Shown: one piece after another, positions 7,997 to 18,137 of the stretch
Layout: every line of letters begins with the position of its first letter
How positions within the stretch are numbered: the stretch's first letter is position 1
Source of the DNA: Candidatus Sungbacteria bacterium RIFCSPLOWO2_02_FULL_51_17
GTDB lineage: Bacteria > Patescibacteriota > Minisyncoccia > Sungbacterales > GWA2-42-14
Direction: 5' to 3'
DNA length: 48,142 bases
NCBI GenBank assembly: GCA_001820785.1
Contig: MHQW01000043.1
Location: 24,931-73,072 of the forward strand
Notes under the pieces: generated by a model
What the model was told of the DNA's origin: nothing
Database searches by the model: none
Seen by the model: the letters and a program-made list of their open reading frames with translations, nothing else
Program-made: the position numbers and the translations under genes

Positions 7997-10168
7997 ATGA
8001 AAAAGGAATCATACTCCCTTGAGATTGGTCATGACAAGTTCACGGTGGAAATAACACCGCTGGCAGAACAAGCCCATGGCCGGGTACTCGTCAGATATGG
8101 AGACACGATGGTGCTCGCGACCGTCGTCATGGCAAAAAAACCCCGCGAAGGCGGTACATATTTTCCGTTAATGGTTGACTATGAGGAAAAGTTTTACGCG
8201 GCAGGAAAGATCCTTGGCTCGCGCTTTATCAAGCGCGAAACCCGCCCGTCGGAAGAGGCGGTGCTTGTCGGGCGTTTCATTGACCGCTCTATCCGCCCCC
8301 GCTTTAACCTTCGCATCAGAAACGACGTGCAGGTCATTGTAACGGTCCTTTCCATTGATGAAAAAAATGATCCCGATGTCGCCTCACTTCTGGCCGCATC
8401 TCTTGCCCTGTCGCTCTCGCACATTCCATGGGCGGGTCCCGTTGCGGGTGTTCGGGTAGGAAAAATTGACGGAAAGCTTGTCGTCAACCCGACGTTTGAA
8501 GACAGAAAAAATTCCCTGGTTGACTGTATCGTCTCCGGGACCGAATCAAAAATAAACATGATAGAGGCGGGCGCACAGGAAATACCCGAGGCCGAATTGG
8601 TAGGGGCGCTAGAACTTGCGCACACGGAGATAAAACGGATCATCCAATTCCAAAAACCTATCATTGCGGCTCACGGCGCAAAAAAAGCTCAACTCATTCT
8701 TGCAGAAGTTCCGGCCGACCTTGGCAAATCCTTAAAAAAGCACTTCCGGGAGCGCCTGGAGCATGCCCTGTTTGAGCGCGATAAAACGATCCGGCAAGAA
8801 AAAGTAGACGGCCTGAAAGAAGAGTGGATGACATTCGCAAAACAAGAGCACGGCGACATTTTTTCAAGCGCCGATGCCGACTATATATTTGAAGAAGAGG
8901 TGAACGATATCGTTCACAAAAAATTGCTTGAAAAAGGCGAGCGTCCCGATGGACGAAAACACGACGAGTTGCGCGAGCTTTCCGCGGAGGTCGGCCTCCT
9001 GCCGCGCGTGCACGGCTCCGCACTTTTTGTCCGCGGCCAAACACAGGCGCTTTCCGCATTAACGCTCGGAGCGCCCGGAGAAGAACAGCTTATTGAGGGC
9101 ATGGAGGTCCGCACCAAACGACGCTTTATGCATCACTATAACTTCCCGCCGTACTCCGTAGGAGAGGTTCGCCCCATGCGTGGCCCCGGACGCCGCGAGA
9201 TAGGCCATGGTGCGCTTGCCGAACGATCACTTGCCCCCATCATCCCTTCTAAAGACGAGTTTCCGTATACTATCCGCCTTGTATCAGAGATCCTTTCGTC
9301 AAACGGCTCGTCATCCATGGCCTCCGTTTGCGGCTCGGTACTTGCCCTTATGGACGCCGGAGTCCCGATAAAAAAACCGGCGGCGGGTATCGCCATGGGG
9401 CTCATGATGAACGGAGACGACTACAAAGTACTGACTGACATTCAAGGGCCGGAAGATCACCACGGCGATATGGATTTTAAAGCGGCCGGCACGAAAGACG
9501 GTATTACTGGCATTCAAATGGATGTAAAAATAGAGGGCGTTACGATTGATATCATCCGCGACACGCTCGCACAGGCGCGCGAAGCCCGCATGAAGATACT
9601 TGAGTGCATGCTTCAAACCCTTCCAGCTCCGCGGCCGGAACTCTCGCCCCTTGCTCCCCGTGTTGTTATCATCAAAATAAATCCGGAGAAGATCGGAGCG
9701 CTCATCGGCCCCGGCGGCAAGATCATCAACGGCCTTATAGAGCTCTACGGCGTCACTATAGACATTGATGATGACGGCTCGGTGTTCGTCACATCAACCG
9801 ATGCTGAAATGATGGAGCGCGCGGTCGCCGATATCAAAAAGATCACCAAGGAGATAAAACCGGGCGAACTACTTGAGGGACGCGTAAGCAGGATTTTCGG
9901 GTTCGGCGCAATGGTTGAGGTCGCCCCCAAACAGGATGGACTCATTCATATATCGGAACTTGCCCCGTGGAGAGTGGACCGCGTAGAAGACATAGTAAAC
10001 CTCGGAGACGCGGTACAGGTCATCGTAAAGGACATTGACGACCAGGGACGGGTGAATCTTTCGCTAAAGGATGTCCCGGGAAGATACTCGCCGGAAGACA
10101 TTCAGCGAGGAAAAACGCTTGCCGCAGAACGGCAATCCCGTCCGCCCCGCTCTCCCCGCCGATTCTAG
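7997..10168 (+). CDS. pnp: Polyribonucleotide nucleotidyltransferase (PNPase)
   Basis: FMHHYNFPPYSVGE, RREIGHGALAER, SNGSSSMASVC and GDMDFK; C-terminal KH and S1 domains. Confidence 0.98.
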   Translation: MKKESYSLEIGHDKFTVEITPLAEQAHGRVLVRYGDTMVLATVVMAKKPREGGTYFPLMVDYEEKFYAAGKILGSRFIKRETRPSEEAVLVGRFIDRSIRPRFNLRIRNDVQVIVTVLSIDEKNDPDVASLLAASLALSLSHIPWAGPVAGVRVGKIDGKLVVNPTFEDRKNSLVDCIVSGTESKINMIEAGAQEIPEAELVGALELAHTEIKRIIQFQKPIIAAHGAKKAQLILAEVPADLGKSLKKHFRERLEHALFERDKTIRQEKVDGLKEEWMTFAKQEHGDIFSSADADYIFEEEVNDIVHKKLLEKGERPDGRKHDELRELSAEVGLLPRVHGSALFVRGQTQALSALTLGAPGEEQLIEGMEVRTKRRFMHHYNFPPYSVGEVRPMRGPGRREIGHGALAERSLAPIIPSKDEFPYTIRLVSEILSSNGSSSMASVCGSVLALMDAGVPIKKPAAGIAMGLMMNGDDYKVLTDIQGPEDHHGDMDFKAAGTKDGITGIQMDVKIEGVTIDIIRDTLAQAREARMKILECMLQTLPAPRPELSPLAPRVVIIKINPEKIGALIGPGGKIINGLIELYGVTIDIDDDGSVFVTSTDAEMMERAVADIKKITKEIKPGELLEGRVSRIFGFGAMVEVAPKQDGLIHISELAPWRVDRVEDIVNLGDAVQVIVKDIDDQGRVNLSLKDVPGRYSPEDIQRGKTLAAERQSRPPRSPRRF

Positions 10169-10176
10169 CAAGCATA

Positions 10177-10204
10177 AGCCCGCCCTCCGGCGGGTTTTTG
10201 TTTT
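10177..10204 (+). terminator. Intrinsic terminator after pnp
   Basis: AGCCCGCC-CTCC-GGCGGGTT followed by a T-tract. Confidence 0.8.
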
Positions 10205-10290
10205 CTCGGCATTGTTCCGAAGTATTGGATTTTTAAGCAAATTCGCTTAAAATCAAGGGGTGCGGTTAGGCTCAGTAAACGCATGCCCAT

Positions 10291-11160
10291 ATGGACCCGC
10301 TTACCAACCACAAGCCCGAAGAGACCAAGACAGATCCCCAGAAACATGAGGCGACTTTGCGTACGATGAAAACGGACGTGGCAACGTTCATACAAAAGGA
10401 AAGGCCCTCTCTTATCAGCATGGTCTCGCGACAAGAAGACGCGCCGCTCCTGGAGCGAAAGACGGCCGCGCGTCCCAGCGCCCTGTCGCTCCTTGCAACG
10501 TTTCTCATTATTGCGATCTTCGGCATGCTTGGATACACGGGCTACTTGTATTATCAGGCAACACGGGTCATCGTTGAACCGGGCCCGGGAACCACAAAAT
10601 TCTTTTCTACCGATAAAAAGGTTTCACATACGGTACAGCAAGATCGCGCGTCCCTCCTAAAAGTGCTTCAGGAGGAATCAACCGAGCGCGAACGCGATGG
10701 GCTCGTCAAAGAGCTTTCGCTCTCGCTTGAAAGTGCTGTTATCACACGAACACTTACCCCGCATCAATTTTTTTCGCTTCTTGCCATAAAAACTCCAAAG
10801 GGATTTCTGGATGAACTTGACGTAGAGTTCCTTCCGTTCCTGTTTTATACGAAAGGAGAAACGTACTTCGGTGCGGTGGCGCGCGCAAAAAACACCGATG
10901 CCGCTTTCGCAAAACTTCTTGAATGGGAGGTCTCCATCCAAAAAGACCTAAAGCCCCTTCTCTTCAACAGAGAAGCAGAGGTGACCATACCGCTTTTTGA
11001 AGACAAGACGTATAAGAATGTCCACTACCGCTTTGTACAACTTTCCAACGAGACCGACTTTGGCATCGGGTATTTCGTGTTCCCCACAAAATCGTTCGTT
11101 ATCATCGGAACATCCGAGGAAGAGCTTCGGGTCGTGATAAACCGGCTTTTTGAGGCGTAA
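10291..11160 (+). CDS. Hypothetical single-pass membrane protein
   Basis: 289 aa; LRTMKTD N-terminal motif; one TM segment. Confidence 0.8.
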   Translation: MDPLTNHKPEETKTDPQKHEATLRTMKTDVATFIQKERPSLISMVSRQEDAPLLERKTAARPSALSLLATFLIIAIFGMLGYTGYLYYQATRVIVEPGPGTTKFFSTDKKVSHTVQQDRASLLKVLQEESTERERDGLVKELSLSLESAVITRTLTPHQFFSLLAIKTPKGFLDELDVEFLPFLFYTKGETYFGAVARAKNTDAAFAKLLEWEVSIQKDLKPLLFNREAEVTIPLFEDKTYKNVHYRFVQLSNETDFGIGYFVFPTKSFVIIGTSEEELRVVINRLFEA

Positions 11161-11234
11161 TAGTCATATAACTACACACCGGGCGGCATGCGATGCGTAT
11201 CGCCCCGCACCCCCTCCCCGTGTCTACTCTTATT

Positions 11235-11603
11235 ATGGATCAGTCAACACTTTCAGAATTAAAAAAGAAGTTGCTTGCCGAAAAAGCGCTCCTGGAGGCA
11301 GAGCTTTCATCGTTTGCCAAAAAAGACCCGGAAAGTAGAACCGACTGGGAAACACCGACCCCCGATGTTGGACAAGGAGAGGAGAGTGTTCCGCCGGACG
11401 ATCTTGCCGATAAATTTGAGGAGTATGAAAACCTGGTCTCGCGCGAGCAACCCCTTGAGACACGACTAAACGAGGTAACGAGAGCTCTTTCCCGCATAGA
11501 AGAGGGCGGGTACGGCACATGCCGGGTCTGCAAAAAACCCATCCCGCAGGAACGGCTTGAGGCAAACCCTGCGGCAATGACTGATATGGAGCATGCGGAA
11601 TAA
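11235..11603 (+). CDS. DksA/TraR family protein (variant zinc finger)
   Basis: Coiled coil with DDLAD tip; ALSRIEEGGYGTCRVCKKPIPQERLEANP; start placed at MDQSTL. Confidence 0.88.
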   Translation: MDQSTLSELKKKLLAEKALLEAELSSFAKKDPESRTDWETPTPDVGQGEESVPPDDLADKFEEYENLVSREQPLETRLNEVTRALSRIEEGGYGTCRVCKKPIPQERLEANPAAMTDMEHAE

Positions 11604-11626
11604 GCTCTGCCATCACTTGGAATATC

Positions 11627-11659
11627 AAAACCGCACGGAAAACCGTGCGGCGCTTTTTT
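11627..11659. terminator. Bidirectional terminator
   Basis: AAAA-CCGCACGG-AAAA-CCGTGCGG-CGCTTTTTT between convergent genes. Confidence 0.7.
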
Positions 11660-11674
11660 ATGCTTTGTCTTTGT

Positions 11675-11995
11675 TTACTTTTTTCTTAACCACAACACAA
11701 AATCTATATATCCAACACCAACGAGAGCCGCGATCGCCCCTGCCACAATAACGATAAAAATGTTGTGGGCTAGAATGCCCGCCCCCACCAGAACCAACCA
11801 CAACCCCGTCTCAATCGTCTTGAAGTAGTTCTTCGGAAGAAGGTTCGGCTTCCTTACAAAGATCACGAGAACAGCAACCATGAGCACAAGGGCCACCCGC
11901 GCAACATCCATATAAAACGGACCCTGACCAATAGATAGGGCAATAAGGAGAAAAATGAAGCCCCAGAAAAACAGAAAAAGATTGTCAAGAAGCAT
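11675..11995 (-). CDS. Small multi-TM hypothetical protein
   Basis: About 4 TM segments. Start moved to ATG 11995 (GGAG upstream) because a TTGACA-17-TACAGT promoter ends right at the track's GTG. Confidence 0.7.
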   Translation of the reverse strand: MLLDNLFLFFWGFIFLLIALSIGQGPFYMDVARVALVLMVAVLVIFVRKPNLLPKNYFKTIETGLWLVLVGAGILAHNIFIVIVAGAIAALVGVGYIDFVLWLRKK

Positions 11996-12068
11996 GTGCT
12001 TTCTCCGCTCTGTTTGGTGTTCCACACTGTATCATGCCACACAGCGCGTGTCAACCCTTCACGCCTTT

Positions 12069-12100
12069 TTGACATGTATTGCGGCCATCTGCTACGAATA
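12069..12100 (+). promoter_or_regulatory. comM promoter with CIN-box-like TACGAATA
   Basis: TTGACA-18 nt-TACGAATA, ending 4 nt before ATG 12105. Confidence 0.55.
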
Positions 12101-12104
12101 CGCC

Positions 12105-13631
12105 ATGATAAAGCTTCTCTCGGCGCAAGTCGTAGGGCTTGACGCAAAACCGATAGACATTGAGGTTGACATATCCCCCGGACTGCATATTTTTTCTATT
12201 GTCGGCCTTGCCGACAAAGAAATTCAGGAGTCACGCGAGCGCGTGGGGTCCGCCATCCGCCACATCGGTGCGCGTCCGCCCCACAAAAAATCACAGCGCG
12301 TCATCATCAATCTGTCGCCCGCCGATCTTAAAAAAGAAGGGCCGGCATTTGACCTACCCATCGCATTGGGTTTTCTTTTGTCATCGGAGCAGGCGCGCTT
12401 TGATCCTGCAGAAAAAATGTTCGTGGGAGAATTGGGTCTTGATGGCGCGATCAAAAAAGTATCGGGAGTACTGCCCATCACAATCCTTGCCCGCGCGCTT
12501 GGCGTGCGAGAGCTCTATATCCCTAAGGGCAACGGCGAAGAGGCGTCGCTGGTGGACGGCGTCACCATTTTTGAGACCGCCTCGCTTTCGGAACTTCTTG
12601 ACGTGCTTGAGGGAAGAACTGTGTACGAGCCGGTCCGCCCGCACGCTACCATGCGCGCCGAGAACACTCCTGCAGAAACGGACTTCTCGCATATTCGCGG
12701 ACAAGAAACGGCAAAACGCGCAGCTCTTATTGCCGCTGCCGGGAACCATAATATGTTCATGGAGGGGCCGCCTGGCACCGGCAAAACGCTTCTTGCAAAA
12801 ACACTTGCGACCATACTGCCTGCGATGGCGGATGAGGAGGTCATTGAGGTCACAAAAATATACAGCGTTGCGGGAGAGCTGAAAGAAAAAGGACGCCCCG
12901 TGACATCGCGGCCGTTTCGCGCGCCACACCACTCCGCCTCTCCCGTTTCTATCACGGGCGGGGGGTCCACCATCCGCCCGGGAGAAATTACGATGGCCCA
13001 CCGAGGGGTACTATTCCTGGACGAGCTTCCCGAATTCCAGCGCTCGGTGCTGGAGGCGCTCCGCCAGCCGTTGGAAAACCGCGAGATCACCGTTGCAAGA
13101 GCCCAGGGAGCGGCGACGTTTCCCGCCGACTTCATGCTGGTTGCCGCAATGAACCCATGCCCATGCGGAAATTACGGAAACACCAAAAAAGAGTGTGTGT
13201 GCGCCCCGGGAGCCATCTCAAAATACCGAAGAAAAATTTCCGGTCCTCTTTTGGATAGAATTGACCTATGCATTAACGTACCGAATGTGGAGTACGAAAA
13301 ATTGGAAGAACCGGCAACAACCGGCGAAACATCAGCGGACATCCGCGCGCGTGTTGAGGCGGCCCGAACCGTTCAGCGTACCCGATTTTCTGGCGAACGG
13401 ATACAAACCAATAGCCAGATGTCCACCGCGCTCATAAAAAAATATTGCCCGCTCTCAGAATCCTCAAAAGTCCTCCTTGAGACCGCCTACAACCAGTATG
13501 GATTTTCCCCGCGCGCATACTTTCGCATTATTAAAGTCGCCCGCACCATCGCCGATCTTGCCGGAGCCCGCGCGATAGAAGACCCGCACGTCCTTGAAGC
13601 ACTGCAGTATCGGCCAAAAGCAGAGGTGTAA
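12105..13631 (+). CDS. comM: ComM/YifB Mg-chelatase-like AAA+ ATPase (competence helicase)
   Basis: IVGLADKEIQESRER, NLSPADLKKEG, GPPGTGKT, RAPHH, LFLDELPEF, AAMNPCPCG, SGPLLDRID; start placed at MIKLLSA. Confidence 0.95.
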   Translation: MIKLLSAQVVGLDAKPIDIEVDISPGLHIFSIVGLADKEIQESRERVGSAIRHIGARPPHKKSQRVIINLSPADLKKEGPAFDLPIALGFLLSSEQARFDPAEKMFVGELGLDGAIKKVSGVLPITILARALGVRELYIPKGNGEEASLVDGVTIFETASLSELLDVLEGRTVYEPVRPHATMRAENTPAETDFSHIRGQETAKRAALIAAAGNHNMFMEGPPGTGKTLLAKTLATILPAMADEEVIEVTKIYSVAGELKEKGRPVTSRPFRAPHHSASPVSITGGGSTIRPGEITMAHRGVLFLDELPEFQRSVLEALRQPLENREITVARAQGAATFPADFMLVAAMNPCPCGNYGNTKKECVCAPGAISKYRRKISGPLLDRIDLCINVPNVEYEKLEEPATTGETSADIRARVEAARTVQRTRFSGERIQTNSQMSTALIKKYCPLSESSKVLLETAYNQYGFSPRAYFRIIKVARTIADLAGARAIEDPHVLEALQYRPKAEV

Positions 13632-13668
13632 TGAGATAAGAAGCGCGGCATGCGCTTTAGGATACACA

Positions 13669-13702
13669 TAAAAATAAGGGCCCCTTCGGGCTTTATTTTT
13701 TA
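13669..13702. terminator. Bidirectional terminator
   Basis: AAAAATAAGGGCCC-CTTC-GGGCTTTATTTTT between convergent genes. Confidence 0.7.
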
Positions 13703-13736
13703 ACTGCAATCTTACATCCTACAGCTTACACCTATA

Positions 13737-14933
13737 CTAGAACGGATTTTTCGCGCCGCGAATTTCAAAATGAACGTGACATCCCGTTGAATTTCCTGTT
13801 GAACCGACAAGCGCTATGGTCATTCCTTGTGGGACCTTATTGCCGGACGCGACGAAGATCTCCTTGAGATGCCCATAGAGCGTTTGCGTGCCGTTGGAGT
13901 GGGCAATGACAACGTATTTTCCATATCCACCGTTCCATCCGGTTGATTTTGCGATAAGAACGGTGCCGGCAGCGGAGGCCGCGACCGGTGTTCCGCAAGA
14001 GATAGCAAGGTCAACGCCATTGGACCCGTGAAGTCCGTGAGGATTTGCCTTGGTCGCACGAGCGTTCCGTCCACCTATGATAGGACGCATATAATACCCG
14101 CTTATTTCAAGAGGGCCCGCATATTTTTTGGTCGTCACCGACGCCGGAATCGTCTTCGGCACTACGGGCGGAGGAAGTTCACCGTCCGGAATAATAATGG
14201 TGGTGCCGCTCTGAAGCGTTGTGCCCGGCGCGAGCCCGTTAAAGGCCAGAATGTCTCCCGCATCCCCACCGAACCGTTTTGCTATCGCCTCTATGGCGTC
14301 CCCCTTTTTCACCTCGTACTGAATGCCCGAGACGGGAAGAATGATGAGGATGTCGCCCGGTTTGATGGCGCTCGGACGCGCAATGTCGTTTGCCCACAGA
14401 AGCGTGTTGAGGGTGATGCCAAATGAACTCGCAATACCTGATGCCGTATCTCCGGGTTTTACCGTATATACATAGATCTGGTCAGTAACGATCCCTCCCT
14501 GCATAACGCCGATGGGATTTGCCGCACCCATGAGCGCGTTCTCATCAGTAAAAGCAAGCTCTCCGGAGGCAACGCCGACTGTTGCTGTATAGTCAACCGC
14601 CCGAGGAATCGGATAAATAACCGGGTCTGCGGATGCGGCCTGCGTCCCGCTTATAACGGCAGCCATTGATATGATCTCGGTGCTCTCGTCCCCAATAAAA
14701 AAATTGAGGACTGAGGAGAAGAATCCCGCATGGGCCTGAGCCGGAGTCCCCAAAATCAGTGAAAAAAGGCAGAAAAGCACATAAAAAACAAACAGCTTCC
14801 TTTGGAAAAGAAGCGTCAACGCTAGTGTTTTTGAGTTTTTCCCCTGGCCGCCTCCTTCTACAGGCAATCGCTCCCGGTCTTGGGGGGTAGTAAAATGGCT
14901 AATATGTCTTATGCGTCCGGGGCCTAAAACCAT
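13737..14933 (-). CDS. LysM x2 plus M23 peptidase (cell-wall endopeptidase)
   Basis: YTVKPGDT and YEVKKGD LysM repeats; HxxxGVD, YGHL and STGCHVHFE M23 motifs; start codon uncertain. Confidence 0.92.
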   Translation of the reverse strand: MVLGPGRIRHISHFTTPQDRERLPVEGGGQGKNSKTLALTLLFQRKLFVFYVLFCLFSLILGTPAQAHAGFFSSVLNFFIGDESTEIISMAAVISGTQAASADPVIYPIPRAVDYTATVGVASGELAFTDENALMGAANPIGVMQGGIVTDQIYVYTVKPGDTASGIASSFGITLNTLLWANDIARPSAIKPGDILIILPVSGIQYEVKKGDAIEAIAKRFGGDAGDILAFNGLAPGTTLQSGTTIIIPDGELPPPVVPKTIPASVTTKKYAGPLEISGYYMRPIIGGRNARATKANPHGLHGSNGVDLAISCGTPVAASAAGTVLIAKSTGWNGGYGKYVVIAHSNGTQTLYGHLKEIFVASGNKVPQGMTIALVGSTGNSTGCHVHFEIRGAKNPF

Positions 14934-15194
14934 GCTTTTCTAAAAAAGCATCAATTTAAGCCATTTTTTCGGAATTACCGTCAGGAAACCGAACACCCTC
15001 CCATTGTACAGAATCCCAAATTTGGAAGGCAAGGGCCTTGTCCACACCCCGTGGGCAACCGAACGAACAATAAAAAAACGCTCAGCCGCAAAACAAAACA
15101 GGGGTACGCCGTGTTAGCGCCCTCACACAATGACAATGCGCTGAATATTTTGGCGCCTTGAGTTTTTACCGGTGAACCGTAAGATAGAAAGGCC

Positions 15195-17201
15195 GTGAAC
15201 CACATTCTTGAGGGTCTAAATGAACAACAGCAGAAGGCGGTGCTCACAGCCAAGGGCCCCGTTTTAATATTTGCCGGCGCCGGCTCCGGAAAGACAAAGT
15301 GCCTTACCCATCGCATCGCCCACCTTATCGCAACCGGTGTACCACCCGAACGGATATTGGCCGTAACATTCACCAATAAGGCCGCAAGCGAGATGAAAGA
15401 GCGTGTCGGCACACTACTGAGCGCCGCAAGCAACGGGCAAAAGCCCCGCACACCGTATGCCATGAACCGGATGCCGTGGATAGGAACGTTTCATTCGTTT
15501 TGCGTATTCATTCTCCGCGAAGAGGCGCCCAAGATCGGCTTTACAAAGTACTTTTCCATTTTTGACGATGATGACAGCATTTCGCTTATCAAAGAACTTC
15601 TCAAAGAGATGAATATAAGCTCAAAGCAATTTCCCGCCGCCATGATGCGAAACGCCATCTCGGGCTTAAAAAATGAGCTTATCTCGCCGGATACCTACGA
15701 CGGCAAGAACTCGCCTGACCCATTCCCAAAAACACTCTGGCGCCTTTATGAGCGTTATCAAAAAGGGCTTGCCGACGCGAATGCGTTTGATTTTGACGAC
15801 CTCATCATGAAGACCGTTCTCTTGTTTCGCGAACACCCGGCAACGCTTCTTCGCTGGCAAGAACAGTTCCAATACATTCATATTGACGAGTTTCAAGACA
15901 CAAATGCCTCCCAATACGAGCTCTCGCGGCTTCTTGCGGGCCTCCACAAAAATATTTTTGTCATCGGAGACGACGCCCAATCAATTTACTCGTGGCGCGG
16001 CGCCGATTTCCGTAATATTCTCAACTTTGAAAAGGACTGGCCGGGAGCAACCACTATTCTTCTGGAAGAGAATTACCGATCCACCCAGCCGATCCTGAAC
16101 GCCGCAAATCACGTGATAGCGCATAACACCCGCCAGAAAAAAAAGTGGCTCTCCACACAAAAGGCCGGAGGCGAAAACCCGCACGCGGTCATTGTGCCGA
16201 ACGAACGGCATGAGGCGGAGTACATCGCGGAACACATACATGAACGCGCAAAACGGGGCGAAGAGCTGTCGCAATTCGTGGTGCTCTACCGCACCAACGC
16301 CCAGTCGCGCGCGATAGAAGAACAACTTATTGAACGCGGCCTGCCGTACAAAATCGTGGGCGGCGTGAAATTTTACGAACGAAAAGAGGTCAGAGACCTT
16401 CTCGGGTATCTGCGTCTTTCGGTAAATCCCCAAGACCTTGCAAGCATCAAGCGCATCATCAACGTGCCCGCGCGCGGCATCGGAAAAATGACCTTGTTAA
16501 AATACATGAGTCATCCCGTAACCGAGACCGGCGCGCGTGATACTGCGCACATGAGCATCTCCGAAAGAAGGCGCGTAGAACAATTTGAGAGAGTGGTGCG
16601 AGACATGCGAGAGGCATCACTGCAAAAAATTCCGTCACGCCTCATAGAATTTCTTATCAACCGCATCAACTATGAGCAGTACCTTGAGGACTCCATGATG
16701 GACGCGGAAAACCGCATTGAAAATATTAAGGAGTTCGCGGGACTTGCAAAAAAATACGATGAGCTGCCGCTCCCTGCGGGTCTCGTAAAACTTTTGGAAG
16801 ATGTAGCGCTCCTTGCCGACGCCGACGCAGTAGACGAGCGGGCGGGCGCGGTGCACCTCATGACGGTGCACGCCGCAAAGGGGCTTGAGTTCCCCGTGGT
16901 CTTCATTGCGGGGCTTGAAGAGGGCGTTTTCCCCCATTCTAAAGCCCTTTTTGACCAATCAGCGCTTGAGGAGGAGCGACGGCTTTTCTACGTCGGCATC
17001 ACACGCGCAAAAGAATTGCTCTATCTCCTCTGCGCACACCGCCGGCTCTTGTGGGGCGAGACGTCAATAAATCCTCCGTCGCGTTTTCTGAAAGAGATTC
17101 CGGACGAATTTCTTCAGCATGAGGACTATGTGGGAGAGTACGGCAACTCGTACGCCGACGAAAAAAGCAGTGATGAAAACGAGAATATTCTTATAGAGTA
17201 G
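15195..17201 (+). CDS. pcrA: UvrD/PcrA ATP-dependent DNA helicase
   Basis: AGAGSGKT, TFTNKAA, IDEFQDTN, GDDAQSIYSWRGA, NYRST, TVHAAKGLEF, EERRLFYVGITRA. Confidence 0.97.
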   Translation: MNHILEGLNEQQQKAVLTAKGPVLIFAGAGSGKTKCLTHRIAHLIATGVPPERILAVTFTNKAASEMKERVGTLLSAASNGQKPRTPYAMNRMPWIGTFHSFCVFILREEAPKIGFTKYFSIFDDDDSISLIKELLKEMNISSKQFPAAMMRNAISGLKNELISPDTYDGKNSPDPFPKTLWRLYERYQKGLADANAFDFDDLIMKTVLLFREHPATLLRWQEQFQYIHIDEFQDTNASQYELSRLLAGLHKNIFVIGDDAQSIYSWRGADFRNILNFEKDWPGATTILLEENYRSTQPILNAANHVIAHNTRQKKKWLSTQKAGGENPHAVIVPNERHEAEYIAEHIHERAKRGEELSQFVVLYRTNAQSRAIEEQLIERGLPYKIVGGVKFYERKEVRDLLGYLRLSVNPQDLASIKRIINVPARGIGKMTLLKYMSHPVTETGARDTAHMSISERRRVEQFERVVRDMREASLQKIPSRLIEFLINRINYEQYLEDSMMDAENRIENIKEFAGLAKKYDELPLPAGLVKLLEDVALLADADAVDERAGAVHLMTVHAAKGLEFPVVFIAGLEEGVFPHSKALFDQSALEEERRLFYVGITRAKELLYLLCAHRRLLWGETSINPPSRFLKEIPDEFLQHEDYVGEYGNSYADEKSSDENENILIE

Positions 17202-17256
17202 CGGCGGGCGCTCCGAACAGCGCAGAAACACATCTTCGCGCGTATTGCGTATGCGT

Positions 17257-18111
17257 ATGAAAAACGAACATAAAAAAACCCCCACCGCGCACGACATTCA
17301 CCCCAACAAGCTCATGGGGCAGCATTTTTTGGTTTCAAAAACGGTATTAGAAAAAATTCTTATGGCCGCAGAACTTTCAAAGAACGATACGGTGCTAGAG
17401 GTCGGCCCCGGACTCGGCGCGCTTACGCTTGAACTTTCGCGGCGGACGGAGCGCGTTATCGCCGTTGAAAAGGACCGCACGCTTGCGGCCGCTCTTAAAA
17501 AAATATTGGCAGAACACGGGCGCACAAACGTATCTGTCGTAGAAAAAGATCTTCTCCGCATACCGGTGAACGAGTTGGTCCGTGGCCCATATAAAATAGT
17601 CGCGAACCTTCCATACTACCTTACCTCGCGTTTTTTACGGATGTTCATTGCAGACACCGTGGCGCGACCGGAAGAGATCGTGGTGGTGATACAGCGCGAA
17701 GTCGCGGAACGCGTCGTCGCGCAACCGCCGGAAATGGGACTCTTGTCGCTTTCTGTCCAGACATTCGGAACACCGCAGATCATCTCGTTCATACCGGCAG
17801 ACGCTTTTTCTCCGCCGCCAAAAGTAGAATCGGCGATCCTGCGAATAACCGACATTTCTCCACGTTTTTTCCTTGCGCACGCGCTGGATGAAAAAAAGTT
17901 TTTCTCGCTGGCACGCACCGCATTCCAGCAAAAAAGAAAAATGCTGGCAAACTCACTTGCGCTCCTGTGCGAAGGAAAGGCGGCCGCCGAAAAAATTCTC
18001 GCCGCCGCACACATTCCAGGGGGAGCGCGCCCGCAAGAACTATCGCTTGATGACTGGGCGCGGCTTTGCACGGCGTTGCCCGCATCCCATCAGCCCCAAT
18101 CCGCCCCCTGA
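17257..18111 (+). CDS. rsmA: 16S rRNA dimethyladenosine transferase
   Basis: GQHFL, LEVGPGLGALT, ANLPYYLTS, QREVAER, FSPPPKVES. Confidence 0.96.
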   Translation: MKNEHKKTPTAHDIHPNKLMGQHFLVSKTVLEKILMAAELSKNDTVLEVGPGLGALTLELSRRTERVIAVEKDRTLAAALKKILAEHGRTNVSVVEKDLLRIPVNELVRGPYKIVANLPYYLTSRFLRMFIADTVARPEEIVVVIQREVAERVVAQPPEMGLLSLSVQTFGTPQIISFIPADAFSPPPKVESAILRITDISPRFFLAHALDEKKFFSLARTAFQQKRKMLANSLALLCEGKAAAEKILAAAHIPGGARPQELSLDDWARLCTALPASHQPQSAP

Positions 18112-18137
18112 TGCCTACCATCTCCATGTGCCAACAC

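Noticed and set aside
11955-12104. Track N-terminal extensions of comM (likewise rpsO, tyrS, jag, DksA-like)
   Set aside because: They overlap promoters or neighbouring genes; family homology starts at later start codons.
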